Positions 48,946 to 59,279 of a stretch of 64,000 bases of DNA are shown in pieces. The DNA lies in contig CAWGIE010000017.1 of assembly GCA_963822585.1 (NCBI GenBank), positions 32,001 through 96,000 of the forward strand, read 5' to 3'. Source of the stretch: an uncultured bacterium. GTDB lineage: Bacteria; Auribacterota; Erginobacteria; Erginobacterales; Erginobacteraceae. Both the position numbers and the translations under genes were made by a program. The notes under the pieces were generated by a model, which worked only from the letters and a program-made list of their open reading frames with translations, searched no databases and was not told where the DNA came from. Numbering within the stretch: position 1 is the stretch's first letter; each line of letters begins with the position of its first letter.

Positions 48946-50363
48946 AAGCGATCTCCGGATTCCGGCTTAAGGAAGCCGGCGATCAGGAGGATAAGGGCGA
49001 TAACCACCAGGGCGCTGACCCGGGTGGTATAGCGAGGCGAGAGACCTGCCGTCGCAGACACCAGCAGTGCATTGAAGAGATAGTAGAGAATAAAGAAAAG
49101 GGGGAGGATTGTCTCCGGGGCTCGTGCGGATTTACCACCTATTCCCCCCAGGGAAGCGAGGAGCACTATCACCGCCAGGGCGCCGGCCCCGATAAATACC
49201 CACCGGAAGAAATCATCAGCCCCTTGCTCTTCCATCAGTTCCGTGAGGCGGCCGCGCTGCTGCCGGGAGCGCAGGTATTCTTCTTTCAGTCCCGGGAACC
49301 GCTCCCCCAGCACCGTGAGGACTTTGGCTTTTTCATCGACCGGACGACAGACGTAACCGGGCTGGATCAACGTCAGCTGTCGGGTGAAGTCACGGGCGAC
49401 CTTCCTGACCACCGCCGGGAAGTTATTCCGCAGGGTGTCGTTGATCACCGGCTGCAGATATCTTTTATCGCCGATCCATCCCCGGAGTCGGCTGTCCGTG
49501 TTGAGGGGGGAATCCGCGCTCCAGAGAAACCAGCTCGGCCCTCTCCCCTTCCCGGACAGGAGCAGATCCAGATGATCGTTCAGGGGGTTTTCAGGATCGG
49601 TGCGGGGCAGCTCTTCCAGGGCGGCCCGAAGAACGCCCCCCCCGTCGCCCGCCAGGTAATTCCCGAAGACAAAGACATGCGAGGCCTTCGAATACCGAAA
49701 GCCGTATCCCAGGAACATGTTCACGATCGGGGGCAGGAGAAGAAAAAAGAGCGGCAGTGCAATCATCGTCACCCCTTTCCTTCTCAGGAAAACACCGCGA
49801 GCCGGGGAGAGAAGGAACCGGGCCACCCCAATCATTGCCATCATGAAGATGACCAGCAAAATGTTGGCATAGCTGGCCAGAACGGCGAGAGAGAGGACGA
49901 GCAGGGAGGCCAGCCGGGATGGAAAACGCGCTTTTGCGCTGAAAAAGATCAGCGCGGCCAGGGGGATCCAGAAGGAAGTCACGTCCGGGTAGAGCAGGGA
50001 GACCTCAAACGGCAGCGGGGTGAGCAGGACAGATCCTCCCAGAACAACCGCGATCATTACCGGCCGGTAGCCGAGATACAGACTCAGAAAAGCGATCAGG
50101 AGCCAGGCGGTGACGGCCGCCTGGCTCGCGGCGACCGCTGTCAGCGAACCGGAGAGACGGCCGATTTCGAGCAGGAGGGAGTAGCCGATCGGGCGATCGG
50201 TCGGCACCAGGAAAGTGAAGGATGACTCGAGATAGGTGCCGGTATCATAATTGAGGATCGGGAACCCGTTGAAATAGACCGGGTAAAGCAGCGCTGACGT
50301 AAAAAGAACAAAACAGGAAATATAAAAAATTTTCTTGGAAGAGGTGGCGGCAGGCACAATCAT
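48933..50363 (-). CDS. Polytopic membrane protein (possible GT-C fold)
   Basis: Many TMs; YDTGTY, DRPIGYS, PRY motifs. Confidence 0.7.
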   Translation of the reverse strand: MIVPAATSSKKIFYISCFVLFTSALLYPVYFNGFPILNYDTGTYLESSFTFLVPTDRPIGYSLLLEIGRLSGSLTAVAASQAAVTAWLLIAFLSLYLGYRPVMIAVVLGGSVLLTPLPFEVSLLYPDVTSFWIPLAALIFFSAKARFPSRLASLLVLSLAVLASYANILLVIFMMAMIGVARFLLSPARGVFLRRKGVTMIALPLFFLLLPPIVNMFLGYGFRYSKASHVFVFGNYLAGDGGGVLRAALEELPRTDPENPLNDHLDLLLSGKGRGPSWFLWSADSPLNTDSRLRGWIGDKRYLQPVINDTLRNNFPAVVRKVARDFTRQLTLIQPGYVCRPVDEKAKVLTVLGERFPGLKEEYLRSRQQRGRLTELMEEQGADDFFRWVFIGAGALAVIVLLASLGGIGGKSARAPETILPLFFILYYLFNALLVSATAGLSPRYTTRVSALVVIALILLIAGFLKPESGDRFQLL

Positions 50364-50393
50364 CGTTTATCGTTCTTCTCTCTTTAGTATCTT

Positions 50394-50421
50394 CCTTCGT
50401 GTTCTTCGTGTCCTTCGTGGT
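50394..50421. repeat. Single arm of the nonamer family
   Basis: CCTTCGTGTTCTTCGTGTCCTTCGTGGT. Confidence 0.8.
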
Positions 50422-50458
50422 AAATATCAGTTGCCGAATTACGCATACAGCCGGGGAA

Positions 50459-51097
50459 CTATTGTTCTAAATCCGAATCTGCGGTGGTTACATCCCGGAC
50501 CGGCCGTATATAAAGGTAGTTGTTCTTGTTGAGGTGATTGACGTAGCCGAGATTGAAGTACACATACCAGGCCTGGGAGGTCTGGAAGGAAAACGAGGTG
50601 GAGGTCCAGTAAAAATCGGCCCGGGTCGCGGGAAAATACTTCTCGTCCACGCAGGGGTCCATCCGGCTGAGATCCAGGATGCTGACCAGTTCCTTGAGAT
50701 TGGGCAACCGCCAGTCGGAATAGCCGGCCGTCTCCAGCCGATCGCAGTAGATCAGGGCGTGGTTCCAGTAATAGCTTCTCCAGGGACCGTCTTTTTGGTA
50801 GGGAACGGCAGGGGTAACCTCGCTTTCGGCATATCCCGATTTCACCCACATCAGCCCGGTGTTGAGATCGGTGACGGTTCCGTCGCCGTTGTCCCGGAAC
50901 CTCATTTTTCTCCCCGAGCGGTAATAGCCGTCGTCAAACTCGGCCCAGCTCTCCAGTTGGCCGGTCGCGGGGAGAAGAGCCGCCCGGGCGGGGCGGCACC
51001 GTCCCCCCGGGAACTTCAGGAAAAGGAAGACCAGGAGAGCCGCCGGGATCGCTACCAATCCTATTATTATTTCCTTCCGCATGACCGGAAACCTCAC
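50459..51097 (-). CDS. DUF1566 (Lcl C-terminal) domain protein
   Basis: DNGDGTVTDLNTGLMW, DWRLPNLKEL, YWTST, AWYVYF, IRPVR. Confidence 0.92.
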   Translation of the reverse strand: MRFPVMRKEIIIGLVAIPAALLVFLFLKFPGGRCRPARAALLPATGQLESWAEFDDGYYRSGRKMRFRDNGDGTVTDLNTGLMWVKSGYAESEVTPAVPYQKDGPWRSYYWNHALIYCDRLETAGYSDWRLPNLKELVSILDLSRMDPCVDEKYFPATRADFYWTSTSFSFQTSQAWYVYFNLGYVNHLNKNNYLYIRPVRDVTTADSDLEQ

Positions 51098-51275
51098 TTA
51101 TCGGAGCGGACTACGCCGGCCCGCTGCCGGCGATCAGAAACTCGAATTATTGTATCCGGCCGGATGAAAATACGAAATGATTAATTTGACGCCGGCCGGA
51201 TCGAGTGCCTCTCCGAACCCGGGGAGGATTATTTATTTACGGGGACAATCGGGTTGTGCTACCCTCCCGGCCATT

Positions 51276-52559
51276 ATGCTATCCGTGATCGTCGCCGTCA
51301 AAGAAGAAGGCAAAAACATAGAAATCCTCCTGCGGGGGATCCGGGAAACCCTGGAAGAGGCGGAGATCCCTTCCCAGATCATCGTCGTCGACGGATCTTC
51401 TCAAGACGACACCGTCGAGCGGGCCGAAAGCGGCGCCGATCTCGTCTTCGTCCAGAAAAACCCCGGCTATGGCAACGCCTTCCAGGAGGGGCTGAGAGCG
51501 GCTCGGGGAGACTACGTCCTGACCATGGACGGCGACCTTTCCCACCCCCCCCGTTTCATTGCCGAACTTTACCGGCAGCGGAAGGACGCGGAACTGATCA
51601 TCGCTTCCCGGTGGATCGAGGGTGGGGCGGCCGAGATGCCGTGGTGGAGGATGGCCTTGAGCAGGATCCTCAACATCGTCTTCTCCCGGGTACTCTTCCT
51701 CCCCATCCGCGACGTTTCCAGCGGCTTCCGCCTTTACCGGGCCGATATCCTCTCGGACCTGGACCTGCAAGCCCGGGATTTCAGTATCCTGGAAGAGATC
51801 GCGATCAAGATCTGGAACCGGGGATACCGGATCAAGGAAGTGCCCTTCACCTATCGTCCCCGGCGCGCGGGACACTCCAAGGCCAAACTCTTCAACCTGG
51901 GAAAATCCTACCTGAAAACCGCTTTCGCGATGTGGAAATTGAGAAATTCCTGCGAGACCGCCGATTACGACGACCGTGCCCACAACAGCATTATCCCGGT
52001 CCAGCGGTACTGGCAGAGAAAACGGTACCGGATCGTGGCTGATTTTATCGCCGGGACTGACAGGCTCCTGGATATCGGATGCGGCAGCAGCAACATCATC
52101 AAGTCGCTGCCCCGGGCGGTCGGGCTCGACATATCGAAGATCAAGCTCCGCTACCTGAGGCAATTCCATCCCCTCCTCATGAACGCCTCCATCTTCTCCC
52201 TTCCCTTCGGAGACCGGGCCTTCCGGGGGATCATCTGTTCGGAAGTGATCGAGCACGTCCCTTTCCGAAGGGAGATATTCCGGGAGCTGAACCGGGTCCT
52301 CGACGACGGCGGGGTCCTGGTGCTGGGGACGCCGGACTACAGCCGGCGGTCCTGGAGAATGATAGAATTCGCTTACGGCCTCCTGATGCCCAACGCCTAT
52401 AAAGATGAGCACATAACCCATTACACCCACACCCGGCTGAACGATCTCCTCCGGGAATACGGCTTTGTCCCGGAGGAGCATGCTTACATCGCCGGGTCGG
52501 AACTGATCATCAAGGCCCGGAAGGCCGGTGGGTCCCTTGTCGGCGATGAAGATAACTGA
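51276..52559 (+). CDS. DPM1-like GT2 fused to a class I SAM methyltransferase
   Basis: VDGSSQDDT, MDGDLSHPP, DVSSGFRLY; LDIGCGS, CSEVIEH; start MLSVIV is my choice. Confidence 0.9.
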   Translation: MLSVIVAVKEEGKNIEILLRGIRETLEEAEIPSQIIVVDGSSQDDTVERAESGADLVFVQKNPGYGNAFQEGLRAARGDYVLTMDGDLSHPPRFIAELYRQRKDAELIIASRWIEGGAAEMPWWRMALSRILNIVFSRVLFLPIRDVSSGFRLYRADILSDLDLQARDFSILEEIAIKIWNRGYRIKEVPFTYRPRRAGHSKAKLFNLGKSYLKTAFAMWKLRNSCETADYDDRAHNSIIPVQRYWQRKRYRIVADFIAGTDRLLDIGCGSSNIIKSLPRAVGLDISKIKLRYLRQFHPLLMNASIFSLPFGDRAFRGIICSEVIEHVPFRREIFRELNRVLDDGGVLVLGTPDYSRRSWRMIEFAYGLLMPNAYKDEHITHYTHTRLNDLLREYGFVPEEHAYIAGSELIIKARKAGGSLVGDEDN

Positions 52560-54519
52560 GCGATCGGTTTCTCACCTGGTTTTGATCTTCCTGATCATGG
52601 CCGCCGCCTTTTTAAGGTTTCACGATCTGGGCGGAAAGAGCCTCTGGTACGACGAGCTCTATGAACTGATGGTGGCCGGGAAAAGTATTTCCTACATTCT
52701 CAAGACCACCCACCCGCTTCATTCCCCTCTCAACCAGATCATCACCGGCTGTTTCCTGGCCCTGGGTGAGAGCGAGTTCGTCCTCCGGCTGCCCTCGGCG
52801 ATCTGGGGAATCTGCGCCGTCTGGGTCATTTATCGGGCGGGGCGACTCTTCTTCGGAAGAAGGGAAGGCCTGATCGGCGCCTTGCTCCTGACCGTCTCCT
52901 CCTATCACCTCCGCTATTCTCAGGAAGCGAGAATGTACTCTTTCTTTGTTCTGACCTCGCTCCTCTCTCTCTATTTCTTCTGGAAGGCCCGGGGGGATGA
53001 CCGTAGAGGAAGCTGGATCGGCTATACCGTCTCCACCGCGCTGGCCCTCTATACGCACCTTTTCGCCGTCTTCCTGATCGTGCCCCAGGCCGTCCTGGCA
53101 TTCACGGAACGCCGGGGCGCCGGGAACCGGAGACCGTTTTGGAAGTCGCCTTTTTTCATCTCGCTTCTAGTCATCGGGCTTCTCTTTCTCCCCCGGGTCG
53201 TCACTGTTTTCAGCCATCCCGACGCCCTGAAGATGTACGTTCGGATGGACGTGGGCCAGGCGGGAGGTGGGGAGCGGGCCCCGGTCCCCATCACGCCGCT
53301 GGGGACCATCTTCAGCCTTTACGGCGCGGGCGGCGGCCCGGCGCTGGCCTGGTACCTGTTCTTTCTGGGGGCCGGATTGATCGCGGCTTTCCGGTCTCAA
53401 CGCCGGGTTTCCATCTTCCTCCTGCTTCTCCTCCTGACCCCCGCCGCCGTTTTCACGGTCTTCAAGCCCGGCCATATTTTCAGCCCCCGCTATCTCATCT
53501 TCCTGCTCCCGGTTTATTATCTGCTCATCGCCCGGGGAGTTACCGGACTGGCCGGGCTGTTGGGGAGAGGAAGAGCCCGGGTTCGGGACAAACAGCGGGC
53601 GGGTGGGGAGCGAAGCCTCGTCGGTCTTTTCTGCGCGGGTTTCGTGCTCCTCAACATCAATCCCCTGATCAGCTATTATGCCAACCGGGATCCGGAGGGG
53701 AACCTGATCAAGACCGACTGGAAAGCGCTGACGGCCTATCTGGAGCGTAACGCCCGTCCGGGAGACGCCCTGATACCCGCCGGAGAGGAGGCTTACTATA
53801 CCCGGCTGGCACTCAATTACTACCTCTCCAACACCCTGAAGAAGACGGTCTATGCCGTCGCTCCGGAAAGTGTTAAGAACGCCGCGATCTGGTGGATCGG
53901 CGCCGGGGAGTTTCCGGCGCCCGCGGCCGCGCGGGGCGAAGTCCAAAAAATACCGGAGTCGATCGACGGCCTGACTGTCTGGCGGCGGGAAGAAGCGATA
54001 TCCTTCGCCCCGGTGGAGATCGTCAACCGGGACCTCGGCATCGACCGGGCGCCGGCTGACGGCGTTCCGGACGGCTGGAACGCCATCGATTACGCCGGAA
54101 AGAGGGAGAATGATTTCACGCTTTCGATCGAGGAGACCGGCGCCGGACCGGGGACGGCCGTTTTTCGCCTCGAAGACCGGACAGCGGATCCCGCCTTCGT
54201 TCTCCGAAGCGCCCCCATCACGGTCAAGGGCGGGAGGCGGTTCTGGACAGCGACCCTGATCCGGGGTACGGAGATGTACCTGGAATGGTTCTCTCCCTAT
54301 CTGGGTGTCCGGTTTCTGGATGGAAACCGGCAGCCGGTCCCGGCCCCCGAGCAGGGCGTCCGGATCCTGCTCGACCGGACGGACGGATGGGGGTTATGCG
54401 TGATCAATGGTCTTACCCCGCCCGGCGCCCGCTTCCTGGAACTGGAACTGGTCGAGAACAAGGGCTACCGGGGCAAAGTGAGCGCGTTCCGGCAGGTTCG
54501 ATTTTACGGGGATTGGTAG
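52546..54519 (+). CDS. GT-C (PMT/ArnT-like) glycosyltransferase with C-terminal beta-sandwich
   Basis: SLWYDE, HSPL, SEFVLRLPS, YSQEARMYS, PRYL. Confidence 0.9.
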   Translation: MKITERSVSHLVLIFLIMAAAFLRFHDLGGKSLWYDELYELMVAGKSISYILKTTHPLHSPLNQIITGCFLALGESEFVLRLPSAIWGICAVWVIYRAGRLFFGRREGLIGALLLTVSSYHLRYSQEARMYSFFVLTSLLSLYFFWKARGDDRRGSWIGYTVSTALALYTHLFAVFLIVPQAVLAFTERRGAGNRRPFWKSPFFISLLVIGLLFLPRVVTVFSHPDALKMYVRMDVGQAGGGERAPVPITPLGTIFSLYGAGGGPALAWYLFFLGAGLIAAFRSQRRVSIFLLLLLLTPAAVFTVFKPGHIFSPRYLIFLLPVYYLLIARGVTGLAGLLGRGRARVRDKQRAGGERSLVGLFCAGFVLLNINPLISYYANRDPEGNLIKTDWKALTAYLERNARPGDALIPAGEEAYYTRLALNYYLSNTLKKTVYAVAPESVKNAAIWWIGAGEFPAPAAARGEVQKIPESIDGLTVWRREEAISFAPVEIVNRDLGIDRAPADGVPDGWNAIDYAGKRENDFTLSIEETGAGPGTAVFRLEDRTADPAFVLRSAPITVKGGRRFWTATLIRGTEMYLEWFSPYLGVRFLDGNRQPVPAPEQGVRILLDRTDGWGLCVINGLTPPGARFLELELVENKGYRGKVSAFRQVRFYGDW

Positions 54520-54547
54520 TCTCCGGAAGGAGCCTTAACTAAAATTT

Positions 54548-54720
54548 AGCACCTGATTACTCTGATTACCCTAATAAAGAATTGAGCACCTGATTTTTAC
54601 CCCAAGGTGTCGAAACCCCTGTCGGAGAGCCTGAGCGTAAGTCGAAGGGAGCGAAGTCGAAGGATCAGGTGTTCATGAAAGGGGGCGAGGTGGGGTATCT
54701 AAGGCACTCCATCAGGTGTA
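54548..54720. repeat. Inverted nonamer element with nested REP-like fragments
   Basis: AGCACCTGATTACTCTGATTAC ... ATCAGGTG; inside CCTGAGCGTAAGTCGAAGGGAGCGAAGTCGAAGG. Confidence 0.6.
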
Positions 54721-54758
54721 AAAAAAGTTACGAAGCTGAGTTCCGGGTAAATAAAGAG

Positions 54759-56141
54759 ATGAAGAGGGAAAATGTATATATCGCAGGGAACGTATCCTTC
54801 CGGGAGAAAACGGTTTTTTTTCTCCTGCCCCTTCTTGTCTGGATGACGTACTGGCTGGCTTATTATCCGGCCTTGATGTCCCCGGACTCGATCTGGCAAT
54901 GGAAGCAGATGCTCTCCCTGGAACTGAACAACGTCCATCCCGCCCTCCACACCCTTTCGATCTGGCTGATCACCCGTCTCTGGCTTCACCCGGCGGCAAT
55001 CGCTCTTTTCCAGATCGCGGCCTTCACATTGGTCTGCGGATGGGGACTGCTCGTTCTGCGCCGGGTCGGTGTTCCCCGCTGGGCGGTCTGGAGCGCCCTG
55101 ATCCTCCTTTCCCTCCACCCGGCGGACGGGTTCATGATCATCACCCTCTGGAAGGATACCCTTTACTCGCTTTTCATCCTTCTCCTCACCCTCCTCTGCC
55201 TGATCATGCTCAGAGAGCCCGGACGGATCGGGAAGGGATCCTGGATCGCCCTGGGGCTGCTCCTGGCGGGGCTTCCCCTCTTCCGCCATAACGGCATCCT
55301 GGTGACCGTTCTCCTTGTCCCCTGCCTGCTTCTGGCCTTCCGGACCCAGCGGCCGCAGATCGGGAAAGCCTGCCTGACGGCACTCCTGGTCCTGCTTCCG
55401 GTCCGGGGTATCCTCTTTCCCCTCCTAGGGGTAGCCCCCAACATCCGGGGTTGGCAACCGCTCATTCACCAGACCGCCGCCCTCCTCCACGCCGGGGTCC
55501 GGTTAACTCCGGAGGAAGAAGATCTTTTAAACTCCTTCCGATCCACCGCGGACCAATGGGCCTATAGCCCTTACACCGTCGAGACCACGCTCTACCGGGG
55601 GGAACGGTTCGACTTTGAAACATTGACCCGGCGGCAGGGAGAATTTCTCCGGTTCTGGTGGAGGAACGTCCTCGCTCATCCCGGGACGCTGCTCCGGCAT
55701 CAGAAGCAGGTTACCTCTTTTTTATGGAATATCGTTCCGCCGCCGGACCGGCACCTGCGGACGGTCATCGGGGAGATCAGCGAGAACGACCTGGGACTGG
55801 CGACGGACTCTCTCTTCCCGGCATTCCGGCGTCTGCTTGACCGCGTGGTCATCGTCACCACTCACCGGCAGCTCCCCTTCATCCTGATCTGGCGCCCCGC
55901 CATTTATCTCTACGCGGTGATCATCGGCCTGGTCGTGCTGGCCCTCCGCATGAGATCTCCCCGCTTCCTGGTCCTGGGCGCGCCCGTGCTGGGAAATACC
56001 CTCAGCCTCATGGTCTCCGTCAGTTCGGCCGAACTGCGCTACCAGTATCCCCTGCTCCTGGCCGTACCGTTTTTGCTGGCCGCCGTCTTCATGGAAGGCA
56101 ACACACCGGAAAACGGCGGGGAGGAGGAGCGGACCCGATGA
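54759..56141 (+). CDS. DUF6020-like polytopic membrane protein (probable GT-C)
   Basis: YPALMSPDS, HPALHT, WKDTLY, RHNG, LRY; start uncertain (54669 or 54759). Confidence 0.75.
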   Translation: MKRENVYIAGNVSFREKTVFFLLPLLVWMTYWLAYYPALMSPDSIWQWKQMLSLELNNVHPALHTLSIWLITRLWLHPAAIALFQIAAFTLVCGWGLLVLRRVGVPRWAVWSALILLSLHPADGFMIITLWKDTLYSLFILLLTLLCLIMLREPGRIGKGSWIALGLLLAGLPLFRHNGILVTVLLVPCLLLAFRTQRPQIGKACLTALLVLLPVRGILFPLLGVAPNIRGWQPLIHQTAALLHAGVRLTPEEEDLLNSFRSTADQWAYSPYTVETTLYRGERFDFETLTRRQGEFLRFWWRNVLAHPGTLLRHQKQVTSFLWNIVPPPDRHLRTVIGEISENDLGLATDSLFPAFRRLLDRVVIVTTHRQLPFILIWRPAIYLYAVIIGLVVLALRMRSPRFLVLGAPVLGNTLSLMVSVSSAELRYQYPLLLAVPFLLAAVFMEGNTPENGGEEERTR

Positions 56142-57772
56142 AGAAATACATTGCGGCACTGATCGTGCTTCTCCTCATCCTGGCCGTTATCGATTATTAT
56201 TCCTATACTCCGCCCCTCCTCGACCGTGGTTCCCGGAACCCGCTGGAAATCATTCACGACACGATCGCTTTTATCTGGTATTACACCGGGGCGGTCTGGA
56301 ATGAAGGGTCTCATGCGGAGAAAGCGAGAATGCGCCGGATGACGCTGGCTGTCTGGTACCGTCCCTCCCTGAGCGAGAAGGTCCTCGGTCTTCCATCCGA
56401 CGATCTCAGCGGCCTGGCCGAACGGTTCGAAAGCCGGGGACTGCCCGTACAGGCGGCCGCGCTTTTCGCGGCCGGCTACGAGAGGGGAGAGCGTGGCGCC
56501 GACCGGGCCGAAAAAACACTGCGATCCTGTGCCGTACTGGGCGCCTGGGATGAGGTCATCGAGGTCGCCCGACGAGCGGTAGCCGACAACCCCGGCTACC
56601 GGGAGGGCTACTACTGGTGGGGAAGAGCCCTGCTGGAAAAAGACCGCCCCCGGGAAGCGCTGGAGATTTTCCTATCCGCCCCCGAAAGCGCCGACCAGCA
56701 CTACCGGCGGGGGCTCGCCCGGCAGAAAATCGGGGAGACCTTCGAGGCCGTGCGCGAGTATCTCCGGGCCGTGGAGCTCTCACCGGGGAACCGGGCGTCC
56801 TGGACGGCGCTCTCCAACCTATACGCGGATCAAGGAGAGATCCGGATGGCGGACGCGGCCGGGGGGCGAGCCCGGGGATTGACACCGGAGGTTTCCTCAT
56901 CGGTCCGGTTCGGGACCAGCCTCATCTTCCGTGGTCACCAGCGGCTCCCGGAAAAGATCGAGGGCGAAGAGGAATTCCCCTTCACTTTTTTCTACGAATG
57001 CCTCCCCGGGGCGGAAGAGACGGTCATCCCCCGCCTGCGGTTCCAAGCCGGCTATTTCCAGAAGCTGGTTACCCTCTCCCCCGTCGTCCTCCATCCCGCG
57101 GCGGCGGGCGAGATCCGCCGCGTCGCCGCCACGGTCGCGCTCCCCTGGAATATCTGTCCTCTCCCTTCGACGGTAACGATAAGCTTCCTCAACCGGGCGG
57201 GGGTCCCGCTGCGGATTCCCGGCTCCAGCGAAAGCGAACTTCTCCTGGGACCGGTCGACATCGTTGCCCGGATCTTCCCCAGCGCCGTGGTTCAGCCCGG
57301 GAAGAATGACACCAGTCTGGACATGAAGACCGTCCTGGCGGGAACCGCCGAGGTCCACACGGAGGTAGGGAGGGAAAACCGGTGCCGGGGGCTGGGGATC
57401 ATATCCTTCACCGAAGGCAGCACTTCCCTCCCCGGGGGAACCGAGATCGCCCGGACCGAATGCTGGACCGCCGATGGGAAACGGTTCGATTTCCCGATCC
57501 GTCTGGGCGAAGAGACCGCCGACCGCTGGCTGGAATCCCGCGCTCCGGGAAGAGCCCGTCATTCCCCGGCCCGGATATTCTCCTCCCACCGGGAAGAACG
57601 GAAGGGAAAAGTATTTAATTCCCACTCTTACCGGACGGTGCTACCTTTCCCCGCGACTGCTGAGCTGAAGTTAATCAAAATGACGTACACGTGTCCCCAG
57701 GGAGGAAGCTGGGTTATTGAGTCCCTCTTCCTGGCGGAGGGCGATGAAAACGGGGACGGCGGCGGATCATGA
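56138..57772 (+). CDS. Membrane-anchored TPR protein with C-terminal beta domains
   Basis: N-terminal TM; GYYWWGRAL, HYRRGLA, YLRAVELSPG repeats. Confidence 0.8.
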   Translation: MKKYIAALIVLLLILAVIDYYSYTPPLLDRGSRNPLEIIHDTIAFIWYYTGAVWNEGSHAEKARMRRMTLAVWYRPSLSEKVLGLPSDDLSGLAERFESRGLPVQAAALFAAGYERGERGADRAEKTLRSCAVLGAWDEVIEVARRAVADNPGYREGYYWWGRALLEKDRPREALEIFLSAPESADQHYRRGLARQKIGETFEAVREYLRAVELSPGNRASWTALSNLYADQGEIRMADAAGGRARGLTPEVSSSVRFGTSLIFRGHQRLPEKIEGEEEFPFTFFYECLPGAEETVIPRLRFQAGYFQKLVTLSPVVLHPAAAGEIRRVAATVALPWNICPLPSTVTISFLNRAGVPLRIPGSSESELLLGPVDIVARIFPSAVVQPGKNDTSLDMKTVLAGTAEVHTEVGRENRCRGLGIISFTEGSTSLPGGTEIARTECWTADGKRFDFPIRLGEETADRWLESRAPGRARHSPARIFSSHREERKGKVFNSHSYRTVLPFPATAELKLIKMTYTCPQGGSWVIESLFLAEGDENGDGGGS

Positions 57773-59067
57773 AAAAATCAAGCCTGGCCCGGGACACGGT
57801 CACCACCACGGTCTGGAGCAGCATCGGTAAGGCGGCGGGACTGGCGATTCCTTTCTTCATCGCCGGATGGTTCGGTTCCACCGGCAAGACCGACGCCTTC
57901 TTTTTCTGTTTCGCCTGGGTGACCGGTTTCTCGACCATCTTCTCAATGGCGCTGGAGAGCGTCATCGTCCCCTATATCGCTCAAGCCCGGTCGCGGGCCT
58001 CCGCTACCGGAGATTTCGTGGGCCGGGTGATGGTAGAGGGAACCATCGGGGTGGCCTGCCTGACCGCGGCCTTTGTCGGTCTCCTGACGGTCCTGCTCCC
58101 CGTCATTACCCGGTTCTCGCCCGAGGATTTGAGCCTGGTCCGCTCGCTCCTCTGGGAGACCTCCCCCCTGATCATTTTGATGCTGAACAGCAGCATCCTG
58201 GCCGGGTTCCTGAACGCCAGCAAGCGTTTCGCGCTGCCGGCGGTCTCCCCCGGATTCCGGGCCCTGGCGGCGGTCCTCCTCATCCTGGCCTGCAGAAACG
58301 TGCTCGGGATCCATGCCGTCCCCATCGGCTACGTTCTGGGAGAGGCGGCCAGGCTGGCGCTGCTCTACCTGGGCATCCGGCGGCTGGGCGTCCGGCTGAG
58401 CCGGGGCAGAAAAACCCCGGTCGGGGATTTCTTCGCCGTGGCCGGCCGGCAGATCGTGGGTATGGTCGCCATCTCCATGATCCCCGTGGCGGACAAGACA
58501 ATGGCTTCCTGGCTGGCGGCCGGGAGCATCTCCAACCTCTTCTACGCGGAACGGCTCTACCAGATCCCCGTCCTTTTTCTCAGCGGCGGACTCCTGGTCA
58601 CCCTCCTCTCCCACTGGTCGAGTTCGATCTACGCGGGAAAGACCGTTACCCGGAGTATCCGCAAGGCGATGCTGGTCGTCGGCGGAGTCTCCCTCGGCCT
58701 CCTCCTGGTCATGCTCGCTCTGAGAGGGCCCCTCGTCCGGCTGGCTTATGGGCGCCCCGACTTCCCGGCCGCGGCACTGGAAGAAGTGTCGCTCCTCTAC
58801 CTGATCCTCATCTTCGTCAGCGTCCCCGAGCTGATCAGCATCGTTCTCACCCGGGTCTGCATCCTCTATAAACAGACCCAGGTCATCCGGGACCTGGGGG
58901 TGCTCCGCCTGCTGCTCAAGATCGGGTTCAACCTGCTCTTCATGACCTGGTGGGGCATCTACGGCCTCGCCCTCTCCGCCCTGATCACCATGTTTCTTTC
59001 CCTCTTTTACCTCTGGTGGAGAACCGGCCGGGTCGATAAAAATCTTCCGGCGCGTCCCAGCCCCTGA
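57769..59067 (+). CDS. MurJ/MviN-like (MOP family) flippase
   Basis: IAGWFG..GKTDAFF, DKTMASWL..GSIS.L.YA.RL. Confidence 0.85.
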   Translation: MKKSSLARDTVTTTVWSSIGKAAGLAIPFFIAGWFGSTGKTDAFFFCFAWVTGFSTIFSMALESVIVPYIAQARSRASATGDFVGRVMVEGTIGVACLTAAFVGLLTVLLPVITRFSPEDLSLVRSLLWETSPLIILMLNSSILAGFLNASKRFALPAVSPGFRALAAVLLILACRNVLGIHAVPIGYVLGEAARLALLYLGIRRLGVRLSRGRKTPVGDFFAVAGRQIVGMVAISMIPVADKTMASWLAAGSISNLFYAERLYQIPVLFLSGGLLVTLLSHWSSSIYAGKTVTRSIRKAMLVVGGVSLGLLLVMLALRGPLVRLAYGRPDFPAAALEEVSLLYLILIFVSVPELISIVLTRVCILYKQTQVIRDLGVLRLLLKIGFNLLFMTWWGIYGLALSALITMFLSLFYLWWRTGRVDKNLPARPSP

Positions 59068-59139
59068 TTTGCTGCTGCGGATTAATTATCTTACTGTAAA
59101 ATCAAGTTTTAAGATTTCATCTTGAGAAACGAAGCAATT

Positions 59140-59229
59140 AACCACAAAGTACACGAAGAATAGTAAAGGAACAAATACACCCTGCTTTCGATTTGTTTAT
59201 TCTTCGTGGTTTTCGTGTCCTTCGTGGTT
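59140..59229. repeat. Inverted nonamer-repeat element, degenerate copy
   Basis: AACCACAAAGTACACGAAG ... CTTCGTGGTTTTCGTGTCCTTCGTGGTT. Confidence 0.8.
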
Positions 59230-59279
59230 TCCTGAATTTTCTTTTCAATAGATAGATGCTGAGAACGGTGTGTACTGGA

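Noticed and set aside
50459..51097. DUF1566 gene as a diversity-generating retroelement target
   Set aside because: I found no reverse transcriptase, Avd gene or second copy of the 3' region differing at adenines in this window; a remote template cannot be excluded
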